Below, piece after piece: positions 46,362-55,430 of a DNA stretch of 59,725 nt. Both the position numbers and the translations under genes were made by a program. The notes under the pieces are model-generated. The model was not told the DNA's origin. It saw only the letters and a program-made list of their open reading frames with translations, and searched no databases. The stretch comes from Acidobacteriota bacterium (GTDB lineage Bacteria; Acidobacteriota; Vicinamibacteria; Vicinamibacterales; CAVVIG01): assembly GCA_023265175.1 (NCBI GenBank), contig JAHFUI010000003.1, positions 1 through 59,725 on the forward strand. Direction: 5' to 3'. Every line of letters begins with the position of its first letter. The stretch's first letter is position 1.

Positions 46362-48188
46362 TCACATCCTCTCCTTGACGTACGTCATGAGGTCGACGAA
46401 TTGAACGTCGCCGCCCTCCGGCCCGGCGCTCGCATGCGCGCCCTTCAGCATGATCGAGCAGAACGGGCACGCGGTCACCACCGTGCCGGCGCCTGTCGCG
46501 CGGAGCTGCTTGAAGCGAACGTCGCTGATCCGCGAGCCCGGCTCCTCCTCCTTGTCCGCGAACAGCAGACCGCCACCAGCACCGCAGCAGAACGGGTTCT
46601 TCCGGTTTCGCTCCGGCTCCGAGATGTCACCGCCAAATCGCGTCAGCAGCCGCCGCGGTTCGTCCACCTTCCTGGCGTAGCGCCCGAGATAGCACGGATC
46701 GTGAAAGGCAACAGAGCCGTCTGTGGCCGTCGCCGTGCTGGAGACGCCGCGCAACAGCTCGTCGACGAACACCGCCGAGTGCACGATCTCGACGTCGTAC
46801 CCGAAATTGCGATAGTCGTCGCCGATCGTTTTCACGCAGTGCGGGCATGACGTCAGGATCGTCTTTGGACCCGCGGCCCTCAGATCGTCGATGTTGCCCT
46901 TGGCCAGTTCCTGAAACATATATTCATTGCCGGTGCGCTTGGCCGGATCCCCGGTGCAGCGCTCCTTCGACAGGACGCCGAACCTCACGCCGCGGGCCCG
47001 TAGGATGGCGAACAGCGACCGCATCGACTTCTGATAGTCGGCCTCGAACGCGCCCGCGCACCCGAGCCAGACGAGCACATCGTGCTTCGACGGATCGAAG
47101 ATCTCGAGTGCCGACGATTCGACGAACTTCTGCCGCTGATCGTAGCCGAGACCCCAGATGTTGCCGCGCCGCTCGAGGTGATTGTAGACGGCGCCGAGAT
47201 GCTCCGGCGCCTCGCCGCTAGAGACCAGCCCTCGCCGGGATCCAATCAAGATCGGCAGCTGCTCGATGCCGACCGGACACTGATTTTCGCACGCACCGCA
47301 CGTCGTGCACTGCCACAGCACCTTCTCGGAGTACACGGCGGCGAGCCGCGCCTCGCGGTTGCCCGCGAGCAACGCCTCCTGCGTCTGCAGGATGATCTCC
47401 TTGGGATTCAGCTCCTTTCCCGCCCCCCAAGCGGGACAGTTCACCTGGCAGCGGCCGCACTCGACGCACGTGAAGGCGTCGAGCACCATCTTGCTGCCGA
47501 GGTCCTTCACCTCCTCCAGCCCGACTTCCTCCTTCTCGAAATCCAGGTTCGGGAGATTGCCGAGCGTCCGCGACTTGAGAAAGACCGTGACGGGCGAAAG
47601 GAGGAGGTGGAAGTGTTTGGACGCCGGAATCAGCGCGAGGAACGCGAGGACGACCATCGCGTGCACCCACCAGTTCACGCGTCCCGCCGTGCTGTCCTCG
47701 GGCAGACGGTAGGTCAGCAGAAAGGTCACCATCAGCGTCGCGATCAGCAGGCCGATGACGATCGATTCAATCGATACGTGTGTGCCAAGCCCGACCGGCC
47801 GTACGATGGCGCGGCGCACGAGGAGATAAAGGATGCCGGCAAGTACGGCCCCGGCAAATCCCGTGAGCACGAGGCCATAGGTGTGGAACCACGCCGTGTG
47901 AGTCAGATCGACGATGCCGAGCCCATACAGAAACTCCGTTGTCGTATAGCCCGCGAACGCGACGAAGCCCCAGAAGACGAACGCGTGCGCAATTCCAGCA
48001 ACGGGACGCTCAGCAATCGTCTGGCGCTGGCAGAGGACGTCGACGCAAAACCGGCGGATGCGGAAGCCGATGCGGTCGATGGAAAACGTGTTCGGCGCGG
48101 CGGCGATCAGGCGGACGCGTGTCGCCACCTGCGCAGCGAACACACCGAGGGACACGATGACGAGCACCCACAACACGAGTGTTTCCAT
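46362..48188 (-). CDS. membrane-anchored (Fe-S)-binding oxidoreductase, ETF-associated (HdrD/GlpC-like with cytochrome-b-like N-terminus)
   Basis: About 5 N-terminal TM helices, two 4Fe-4S motifs (CVECGRCQVNCP, CTTCGACENQCP), two CCG-type Cys motifs (CPHCVKT, CCGAGGG), and a position adjacent to etfAB. Confidence 0.8.
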   Translation of the reverse strand: METLVLWVLVIVSLGVFAAQVATRVRLIAAAPNTFSIDRIGFRIRRFCVDVLCQRQTIAERPVAGIAHAFVFWGFVAFAGYTTTEFLYGLGIVDLTHTAWFHTYGLVLTGFAGAVLAGILYLLVRRAIVRPVGLGTHVSIESIVIGLLIATLMVTFLLTYRLPEDSTAGRVNWWVHAMVVLAFLALIPASKHFHLLLSPVTVFLKSRTLGNLPNLDFEKEEVGLEEVKDLGSKMVLDAFTCVECGRCQVNCPAWGAGKELNPKEIILQTQEALLAGNREARLAAVYSEKVLWQCTTCGACENQCPVGIEQLPILIGSRRGLVSSGEAPEHLGAVYNHLERRGNIWGLGYDQRQKFVESSALEIFDPSKHDVLVWLGCAGAFEADYQKSMRSLFAILRARGVRFGVLSKERCTGDPAKRTGNEYMFQELAKGNIDDLRAAGPKTILTSCPHCVKTIGDDYRNFGYDVEIVHSAVFVDELLRGVSSTATATDGSVAFHDPCYLGRYARKVDEPRRLLTRFGGDISEPERNRKNPFCCGAGGGLLFADKEEEPGSRISDVRFKQLRATGAGTVVTACPFCSIMLKGAHASAGPEGGDVQFVDLMTYVKERM

Positions 48189-48232
48189 CTACCGAGGGAT
48201 GGTCTTTTCAGAACCACACTTCGTGGTTCGGT

Positions 48233-49197
<965 letters not shown>

Positions 49198-49201
<4 letters not shown>

Positions 49202-49959
49202 ATGACGCGCGCCTCTTCGCGAAGCCGTCGAACCAGTTCCTTTGCGGCGTCGGCGGCCGAACCGTCGATGAGCTGCGTTTTCTTGGTTTTCTCAGGCACA
49301 TAGAGCCCGGCGATCTTCTGCGTGCGCGCCGACAGTGAAGAAGGCGTGACCTTCCGAATCTCTTTTTTCTTCGCCGCCATGATGCCCTTGAGCGTCGCAT
49401 AGCGGAGCTGATTGATGCCGCTTTGGATCGCCAGGACCGCCGGCATCGGCATCGTGACCCACTGAAACCAGCCGCCTTCGAGCTCGCGCTTCACACGCAC
49501 CGATGAGGTCTCGACGACGACTTCCATGATGATCGTCGCGTGCGGGAGACCGAGCCGCTCTGCCAGTACGACGCCCGTCTGCCCGAAGCCCTGGTCGTCT
49601 GACTGGAGACCCGTGAGGATGATGTCGAAGCGCTCCACCGTCATCGCCCCGGCAAGCGCCTCGGCGACGACGAACGCGTCGGCACTGGCGAGCGCTTCGT
49701 CTTCGACGTGGATGGCGCGATCGGCGCCGCGGGCGAGCGCTTCGCGGAGCACCTGCGCGACCCGCGCGGGACCGGCCGAGCAGACGACGACCTCGCCGCC
49801 GTGTTTCTCCTTGAGGCGCAGCGCCTCCTCGAGCGCGTAGGCGTCGGGCTCGTTCATTTCGTGGCTGGCGTCCGACTCACGGATCCAGGTTTTCGTCTCG
49901 TCGAGGCGCGGTTGCCAGTCTCTGGTGGGAACTTGCTTGAGGCAGACGGCAATCTTCAT
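49198..49959 (-). CDS. etfB: electron transfer flavoprotein subunit beta
   Basis: MKIAVCLKQVP...NEPDAYALEEALRLKE is the typical ETF-beta N-terminus. Confidence 0.9.
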
Positions 49960-50087
49960 TTGGTTATCTGGTTATCTGGTTATCTGGTTATTTGGCGACT
50001 TGGCGATTTGGTCATCTGGCGGGACGCGACATACCAATCAATAACCAGACAAATAACCAGAGAACCAAATGACCAGATAACCAAATA
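49960..50087. repeat. octamer-array palindromic element, copy 3 (8 + 5 units, core inverted)
   Basis: TTGGTTAT (CTGGTTAT)x3 TTGGCGAC TTGGCGAT TTGGTCAT CTGGCGGG ... CCAATCA ATAACCAG acaa ATAACCAG AGAACCAA ATGACCAG ATAACCAA. It lies between the fabF stop and the etfB ATG. Confidence 0.9.
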
Positions 50088-51338
50088 TCATGCGTTGCTG
50101 TCGTACCTCTTGAAGAGCAACGCGGCATTGGTGCCGCCGAAGCCGAACGAGTTCGAGAGCGCGTACTCGATGGCGATCGTGCGCTTGGCGTTCGGCACGT
50201 AGTCGAGGTCGCACTCGGGATCCGGTTGGTCCAGGTTAATCGTCGGCGGCACCATCTGATGATGCACCGCCAGCACCGTGATGCCGGCTTCGAGGCCTCC
50301 GGCGGCGCCGAGAAGATGCCCCGTCATCGATTTGGTCGAGGAGACGGCGACCTTCTTCGCGTGCTCTCCGAAGCAGCGCTTGATCGCGATGGTCTCGACC
50401 TTGTCGCCGTGCGGCGTTGACGTGCCGTGCGCGTTGATGTACGCCACCCGATCGGGACGAATGCCGCCGCTCTTGAGCGCCGTGCCCATGACTCGGAACG
50501 GGCCGTCGCCGTCCTCGGAGGGCGCGGTGATGTGATACGCATCCGCCGACATGCCGTAGCCGACCAGCTCGGCATAGATCCGCGCGCCCCGGCGGCGGGC
50601 CAGCTCGTATTCCTCAAGAATCAGCACGCCGGCACCTTCGCCGACGACGAAGCCGTCGCGATCCTTGTCGAAGGGGCGGCTCGCCCGCTGCGGTTCGTCG
50701 TTGCGCGTCGAGAGCGCGCGCATCGCGCCGAAGCCGCCGATGCCCATCGGCGTGATGGCCGCTTCCGAGCCGCCGGCAATCATCACGTCGGCGGCGTCGC
50801 GCCGGATGATTTCGAAGGCATCGCCGATGGCATGGGCGGAGGCAGAACAGGCGGTGCAGGTCGCCGAGTTGGGTCCGCGCGCGCCAAACCGGATCGAGAC
50901 CTGGCCGGCCGCCAGGTTGATGATCGCCGAGGGAATGAAGAAAGGTGAGATCTTGTGCGGCCCGCCTTCGAGCAGCGCCTTATGCTCCCGTTCGATCGTG
51001 GTGAACCCGCCGATGCCGGATGCAATGAACACCCCGACGCGCGGGCCCAGCTCCCGCGTCACCACCAGGCTGGCATCGTCGACGGCGAACTGCGAGGCCG
51101 CAATCGCGTACTGGATGAAGACGTCCATCTTCTTGACGTCTTTCTTCTCGACGAAGCGCAGCGGATCGAATCCTTTGACCTCGCCCGCGATCTGGGTCGA
51201 GAAGGCCGATGCGTCGAACTTGGTAATCGTGCCGACGCCGCATTGCCCGGCCGTGAGCGCCCGCCAGTTGGCATCGGTACCGATCCCGAGCGGCGACACC
51301 AATCCGATGCCCGTGACGACGACTCGCCTGTTCACCAT
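50088..51338 (-). CDS. fabF: beta-ketoacyl-ACP synthase II
   Basis: MVNRRVVVTGIGLVSPLG and the active-site block ATCTACSASAHAIG are present. The ORF is 416 aa. Confidence 0.95.
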   Translation of the reverse strand: MVNRRVVVTGIGLVSPLGIGTDANWRALTAGQCGVGTITKFDASAFSTQIAGEVKGFDPLRFVEKKDVKKMDVFIQYAIAASQFAVDDASLVVTRELGPRVGVFIASGIGGFTTIEREHKALLEGGPHKISPFFIPSAIINLAAGQVSIRFGARGPNSATCTACSASAHAIGDAFEIIRRDAADVMIAGGSEAAITPMGIGGFGAMRALSTRNDEPQRASRPFDKDRDGFVVGEGAGVLILEEYELARRRGARIYAELVGYGMSADAYHITAPSEDGDGPFRVMGTALKSGGIRPDRVAYINAHGTSTPHGDKVETIAIKRCFGEHAKKVAVSSTKSMTGHLLGAAGGLEAGITVLAVHHQMVPPTINLDQPDPECDLDYVPNAKRTIAIEYALSNSFGFGGTNAALLFKRYDSNA

Positions 51339-51374
51339 TGTTCTATGCTCGCGGAGCCCTGCATCTCCCTGTCG

Positions 51375-51455
51375 CGCCGGGGCCCCACCCCCGGCGCTTG
51401 CCGCTTCGTGCGTTCGCGCTCAGCGGCAGATGAAGGCTCTCGCTCGCCCTGCTGG
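51375..51455. repeat. third, diverged copy of the GGGGCCCCACCCCC repeat family in the acpP-fabF spacer
   Basis: It shares the 14-mer GGGGCCCCACCCCC (51379-51392) and roughly 65% of about 80 nt with the ybeY-tail units. It has a 9-bp GC stem around the loop CCCCAC. Confidence 0.6.
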
Positions 51456-51457
51456 GT

Positions 51458-51700
51458 CTATTTTTTTGATTTGGCGTGGGATTCGATGTACTCGACCGCT
51501 TCCTTCACGCGAGTGATCTTCTCGGCATCCTCGTCGGGGATCTCGATGCCGAACTCTTCCTCGAATGCCATCACGAGCTCGACGGTGTCCAGCGAGTCGG
51601 CGCCGAGGTCGTCAACGAACGATGCGTCCGGTGTGACTTCTTCCTCGTCGACCCCGAGCTGCTCCACGATGATGCTCTTCACTTTGTCGGATACCGCCAT
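51458..51700 (-). CDS. acpP: acyl carrier protein
   Basis: [20 protein letters not shown] contains the phosphopantetheine-attachment Ser. Confidence 0.97.
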   Translation of the reverse strand: MAVSDKVKSIIVEQLGVDEEEVTPDASFVDDLGADSLDTVELVMAFEEEFGIEIPDEDAEKITRVKEAVEYIESHAKSKK

Positions 51701-51709
51701 TCAGCCCTC

Positions 51710-52456
51710 CTACATGTACATCCCGCCGTTGACGGCCAGGACGTGCCCAGTAATATACGCTGCCTCGTCGGCTGCAAGAAAGCACACTGCGGCCGCCACA
51801 TCCTCGGGGGTGCCGAGTCGACCGAGCGGAATCTCCACCGCCCAGTCGATTTGCACCTTCTCGGCGATCGCGCGCGTCATGTCCGTGTCGATCATGCCGG
51901 GTGCCACGACGTTCACCGTGATGCCCCGGGACGCGACTTCTCGCGCGAGCGCCTTCGCGAAGCCGATCAGCCCGGCCTTCGACGCGGCATAACTCGTCTG
52001 CCCCGCGTTGCCGGTTTGCCCCACCACCGAGCTGATCGCGATGATCCGTCCGCCGCGCTGCTTCAGCATCGGCCGGATCGCCGCCTGCGCGAGGCTGAAG
52101 GTCGCCGTCAGGTTCGTGCCGATGACGGCGTCCCAGTCCTCGCGCTTCATCCGCGCCAGCAACTGGTCGCGCGTGATGCCGGCGTTGCTGACCACGATGT
52201 CGAGGCGGCCGTGACGCCGCACGATGTCGCCGGGCAACTGTGCGATCGCGGCCGCGTCCGTCACGTCGATGGCCGCCGCCTCTGCGCGATAGCCCCTAGA
52301 CGTCAGCTCGGCGGCCACCGCGAGGGCATGGTCGCCGCGCGCGGCCGCGACCACCATTGCGCCTCGTCCCGCCAGCGCGCACGCAATCCCACGTCCGATG
52401 CCACGCGACGCGCCGGTCACCAGTGCGACCTTGCCGGTCAGATCGAACATCGGCAC
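51710..52456 (-). CDS. fabG: 3-oxoacyl-ACP reductase FabG
   Basis: GKVALVTGASRGIG and YAASKAG form the SDR signature. The start may be ATG 52450 (MFDLTGK). Confidence 0.93.
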   Translation of the reverse strand: MPMFDLTGKVALVTGASRGIGRGIACALAGRGAMVVAAARGDHALAVAAELTSRGYRAEAAAIDVTDAAAIAQLPGDIVRRHGRLDIVVSNAGITRDQLLARMKREDWDAVIGTNLTATFSLAQAAIRPMLKQRGGRIIAISSVVGQTGNAGQTSYAASKAGLIGFAKALAREVASRGITVNVVAPGMIDTDMTRAIAEKVQIDWAVEIPLGRLGTPEDVAAAVCFLAADEAAYITGHVLAVNGGMYM

Positions 52457-52463
52457 ATCACAT

Positions 52464-52605
52464 TTGGTTATCTGGTTATCTGGTTATCTCGTTATCTGGT
52501 TATCTGGTTATCTGGTTATCTCGTTATCTGGTTATCTGGTCATTGATTGAGACATTGGTCAGCAAATAACCAAATAACCAGATAACGAGATAACCAGATT
52601 TAGCC
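52464..52605. repeat. octamer-array palindromic element, copy 4 (10 + 4 units, 32-nt higher-order repeat)
   Basis: TTGGTTAT CTGGTTAT CTGGTTAT CTCGTTAT (CTGGTTAT)x3 CTCGTTAT CTGGTTAT CTGGTCAT, then TGATTGAGACATTGGTCAGCA, then ATAACCAA ATAACCAG ATAACGAG ATAACCAG. Confidence 0.9.
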
Positions 52606-53530
52606 GTTGAATCAGAGGCGCGATCGCCTCGAGATCCTCCGGAGCACCAAAGCTCAATACGGTCGCGTCGCGATGAATCTTCCGTACCAATCCGGCCAAC
52701 ACCGAGCCAGGACCCACCTCAACATACGTTGTGACGCCTTCTGACGCAAGACGCCGGACGACCGCCTCCCACCGCACGGCCGATGACACCTGCGCGATGA
52801 GCGCCTCGACGGCGGCCTTCGCGTCGCGTTTGACCTCGGCGTCCACGTTGGCGACGATCGGCACACGCGGATCGCGTGTATCCACGGCACGCAGTTCAGG
52901 CGCCAGCCGGTCCGCTGCGGGTTGCATCAACGCGCAGTGGAAGGGTGCACTGACCGGCAGCGGCACGACGCGCCTGGCGCCCAAGGCCTTGGCACGGTCG
53001 CCCGCGCGCGTCACGGCGTCGCGCGTGCCGGCAATCACCACCTGCCCGCCACCGTTCAAGTTCGCCGGGCTGACGACCTCGCCCTGCGCCGCCTCCTCGC
53101 ATGCCTGCGCAACCTGGCCGGCGTCCAGGCCGAGGATGGCGGCCATGGCGCCCGCGCCCACGGGCACCGCCTCCTGCATGTACCGGCCACGCCGCCGCAC
53201 CAGCCGTAACGCATCAGCAAAAGAAAACGTGCCGGCGGCGACGTTGGCCGAGTATTCCCCGAGCGAATGCCCGGCGACGAAGCCCGGCATGATGCGCCGC
53301 GACGCCAGCAGACGGTACGCGGCGATGCTGACCGCAAGAATTGCGGGTTGGGTGTTTTCGGTCAGGGTGAGTTGGTCGTCCGGACCTTCGAAGCAGAGCC
53401 TGCTGAGCGGTTCGCCGAGCGCCGCGTCAGCTTCGGCGAATGTGTCGCGACAGACCGGGAAGGCGTCGGCGAGCGCCTTCCCCATGCCGACTTTCTGCGA
53501 CGCCTGCCCGGGGAAGATGAACGCGATCAA
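52559..53530 (-). CDS. fabD: ACP S-malonyltransferase FabD, with the last ~12 codons encoded by octamer element 4
   Basis: IAFIFPGQASQ and the GHSLGEYSA active site are present. The TTG start at 53528-53530 overlaps the plsX stop. The C-terminus ..LIQRLNLVISLSGYLVIC reads through the repeat arm. Confidence 0.9.
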   Translation of the reverse strand: MIAFIFPGQASQKVGMGKALADAFPVCRDTFAEADAALGEPLSRLCFEGPDDQLTLTENTQPAILAVSIAAYRLLASRRIMPGFVAGHSLGEYSANVAAGTFSFADALRLVRRRGRYMQEAVPVGAGAMAAILGLDAGQVAQACEEAAQGEVVSPANLNGGGQVVIAGTRDAVTRAGDRAKALGARRVVPLPVSAPFHCALMQPAADRLAPELRAVDTRDPRVPIVANVDAEVKRDAKAAVEALIAQVSSAVRWEAVVRRLASEGVTTYVEVGPGSVLAGLVRKIHRDATVLSFGAPEDLEAIAPLIQRLNLVISLSGYLVIC

Positions 53531-54537
53531 CGGTTCGGCACTGCGGCGGCGGCGATGTCCTGCTCGACGCGTTCGATGAAACGGTTGGTGGCGAAGCGGT
53601 ACGCCATGGCGACGGCGTTGCGCACGGCCCGCGCGCTGGACCGGCCGTGACCGACGATCGTGACGCCGGCGACCCCGAGCAGCGGCGCGCCCCCGTACTC
53701 CGAGTAATCGACACGCCGGCGAAAACGCCGCAGCGCGCGCTTCGTGAACAGCGATCCGACGCGCATCGGCACGGTGCTCGACAGTTCCTCGCTCAACAAC
53801 GCCTCCATCACGTCGACGAGTCCCTCGCTGGTCTTGAGCACGACGTTGCCCGTGAAGCCGTCGCAGACGATGACGTCCGCGTCGCCGCTGTAGATGTCGC
53901 GCGCTTCGATGTTGCCCACGAACGCGACGGGCGATCCCTTGAGCAGCCGGTGCGCCTCTCGGGTCAGCTCGTTGCCTTTGGTTTCCTCTTTGCCGATCGA
54001 CAGCAGGCCGACGCGCGGCGAGGCGATGTCGAACGCCAGACGCGCGTACACGGTGCCCATCACCGCGAACTGCAGCAGGTGATGAGGCCGGCACTCGACG
54101 CTCGCGCCCGCGTCAAGCAGGATGGCCGGCCGGCGTCGCGTCGGAATGGTGACCGCCAGGGCCGGACGATCGACGCCTGGTAGCGTACCGAACGCGCTGT
54201 AGGCCGCCATGACGGTCGCACCCGTGTGCCCCATGCTGACGAGCGCCGAACACTCGCCGCGAGCCACCAATTCGGCGGCGACTGTGATCGACGCCTCTGG
54301 CTTTCGCCGCAGAGCGGCGGCGGGCGATTCCGCCATCGCGACCACGTCGGTCGCGTCGACGGTGCGCACCCGCGACGCATCGACGTGAGGGTGGCGGGCA
54401 ATCTCCGCCTTGAGGACCGGTCGCGGGCCGGCCAGCACGACCCCGAGATCGAAGTGCCGTACCGCCGCCAGGACGCCGTCGACGATCTGACGTGGGGCGT
54501 AATCGCCGCCCAGGGCGTCGACGGCTATCCAAATCAT
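53527..54537 (-). CDS. plsX: phosphate acyltransferase PlsX
   Basis: MIWIAVDALGGDYAP is the typical PlsX start, and the GNVVLK block is present. The ORF-track extension through the upstream repeat was rejected. Confidence 0.9.
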   Translation of the reverse strand: MIWIAVDALGGDYAPRQIVDGVLAAVRHFDLGVVLAGPRPVLKAEIARHPHVDASRVRTVDATDVVAMAESPAAALRRKPEASITVAAELVARGECSALVSMGHTGATVMAAYSAFGTLPGVDRPALAVTIPTRRRPAILLDAGASVECRPHHLLQFAVMGTVYARLAFDIASPRVGLLSIGKEETKGNELTREAHRLLKGSPVAFVGNIEARDIYSGDADVIVCDGFTGNVVLKTSEGLVDVMEALLSEELSSTVPMRVGSLFTKRALRRFRRRVDYSEYGGAPLLGVAGVTIVGHGRSSARAVRNAVAMAYRFATNRFIERVEQDIAAAAVPNR

Positions 54538-54627
54538 GCTCGGTGCTCCAGTGCTGGTGCTCAGTGCTCGGTGCTGGTGCTCGGACCAGCACGGAGCCGA
54601 AGCACCCAGCACGAAGCACTCAGCACT
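54538..54627. repeat. imperfect palindrome built from GCT(C/G)(N)GT words filling the rpmF-plsX spacer
   Basis: Left arm: GCTCGGT GCTCCAGT GCTGGT GCTCAGT GCTCGGT GCTGGT GCTCGG. Right arm: ACCAGC ACGGAGC CGAAGC ACCCAGC ACGAAGC ACTCAGC. Confidence 0.7.
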
Positions 54628-54639
54628 CAACAAGAATCG

Positions 54640-54822
54640 TTAGTCTTCGTCAACCGCCTTCACCTGGCGTCCCCGGTAGTACGCGCAGTTGGCGCACACG
54701 CGATGGGGTTGCTTGGGCTCGTGGCAGTGCGGGCATTCGCCGAGGCCGGAGGCCTTGAGCGCGTCGTGCGTCCGACGCTTCGCCGTCCGCGTCTTGGAAT
54801 GTCGTCGTTTTGGATTTGGCAT
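54640..54822 (-). CDS. rpmF: 50S ribosomal protein L32
   Basis: MPNPKRRHSKTRTAKRRTHDAL and CPHCHEPKQPHRVCANC are present. The protein is 60 aa. Confidence 0.9.
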   Translation of the reverse strand: MPNPKRRHSKTRTAKRRTHDALKASGLGECPHCHEPKQPHRVCANCAYYRGRQVKAVDED

Positions 54823-54872
54823 GATGTCAGCTCTTACGTTTTGAACGGTTAGCAACCACAGAGGACGTGTCC

Positions 54873-55406
54873 TTAGCTTCCTTTGTGTTTGTCGTTTCTT
54901 AGCTTCTCCAGCACCGCGAGCCTCGGATCCTCCCATTCGCGCTTGCAGCCGCACGTCTCGCGGTTCAAGTTCGTTCCGCAGTCGGGGCACAGCCCGCGAC
55001 AGTCCGCACGGCACAGCGGCTTCATCGGGAGCGCCAGATAGAACTGTTCGCGCATCAACTGACCAAGGTCGATCGTCTCGTCTTCATAAAACGCCGTGGT
55101 CAGATCGTCTGCCTCAATCTCACGCTCACCCTCGCCCGTGTTCGCCGCGTGCGGTTGGTACCGCAGATCGAACGACGCGTCGAGGGGTAAAGTGAACGGC
55201 TCCAGACATCGGCTGCAGGACAACTCCAGGGTCGTCTGCACGCCGCCGACGAGCCGAAACTGCGCCTTGTCCTTGAAGATGTCGAAGGAGAGCGGCACCT
55301 GTTCGATGACCCGGAAGCTGTCGCGATCGTTGGCGAACGCCTCCGGTCCGTAGACCTTCTCGTACCGCTCGTGCGCGGTCCGAATCTTCCTGAGATTCAG
55401 CAGCAT
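54873..55406 (-). CDS. yceD: DUF177/YceD family protein (23S rRNA accumulation protein)
   Basis: It has the conserved position upstream of rpmF and the C-terminal Cys-rich CRADCRGLCPDCGTNLN. Confidence 0.8.
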   Translation of the reverse strand: MLLNLRKIRTAHERYEKVYGPEAFANDRDSFRVIEQVPLSFDIFKDKAQFRLVGGVQTTLELSCSRCLEPFTLPLDASFDLRYQPHAANTGEGEREIEADDLTTAFYEDETIDLGQLMREQFYLALPMKPLCRADCRGLCPDCGTNLNRETCGCKREWEDPRLAVLEKLRNDKHKGS

Positions 55407-55430
55407 GAATCCCTCAATGTACCACGGGAG

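Noticed and set aside
52464-52605. The octamer arrays as a CRISPR array or as a DnaA-box/oriC cluster.
   Set aside because: The units are 8 nt with no spacers, so this is not CRISPR. TTATC matches only 5 of 9 positions of the DnaA box TTATCCACA. No dnaA or dnaN context or AT-rich unwinding element is present.
53531-54094. An N-terminal 188-aa extension of the fabD ORF (the ORF track gives 511 aa).
   Set aside because: It overlaps plsX in another frame. FabD homology begins at (L)IAFIFPGQASQ, with a TTG start overlapping the plsX stop.
54538-54633. A 32-aa N-terminal extension of plsX reading through the GCT-word palindrome.
   Set aside because: PlsX homology begins at MIWIAVDALGGDYAP. The extension is simply the open frame of the repeat.
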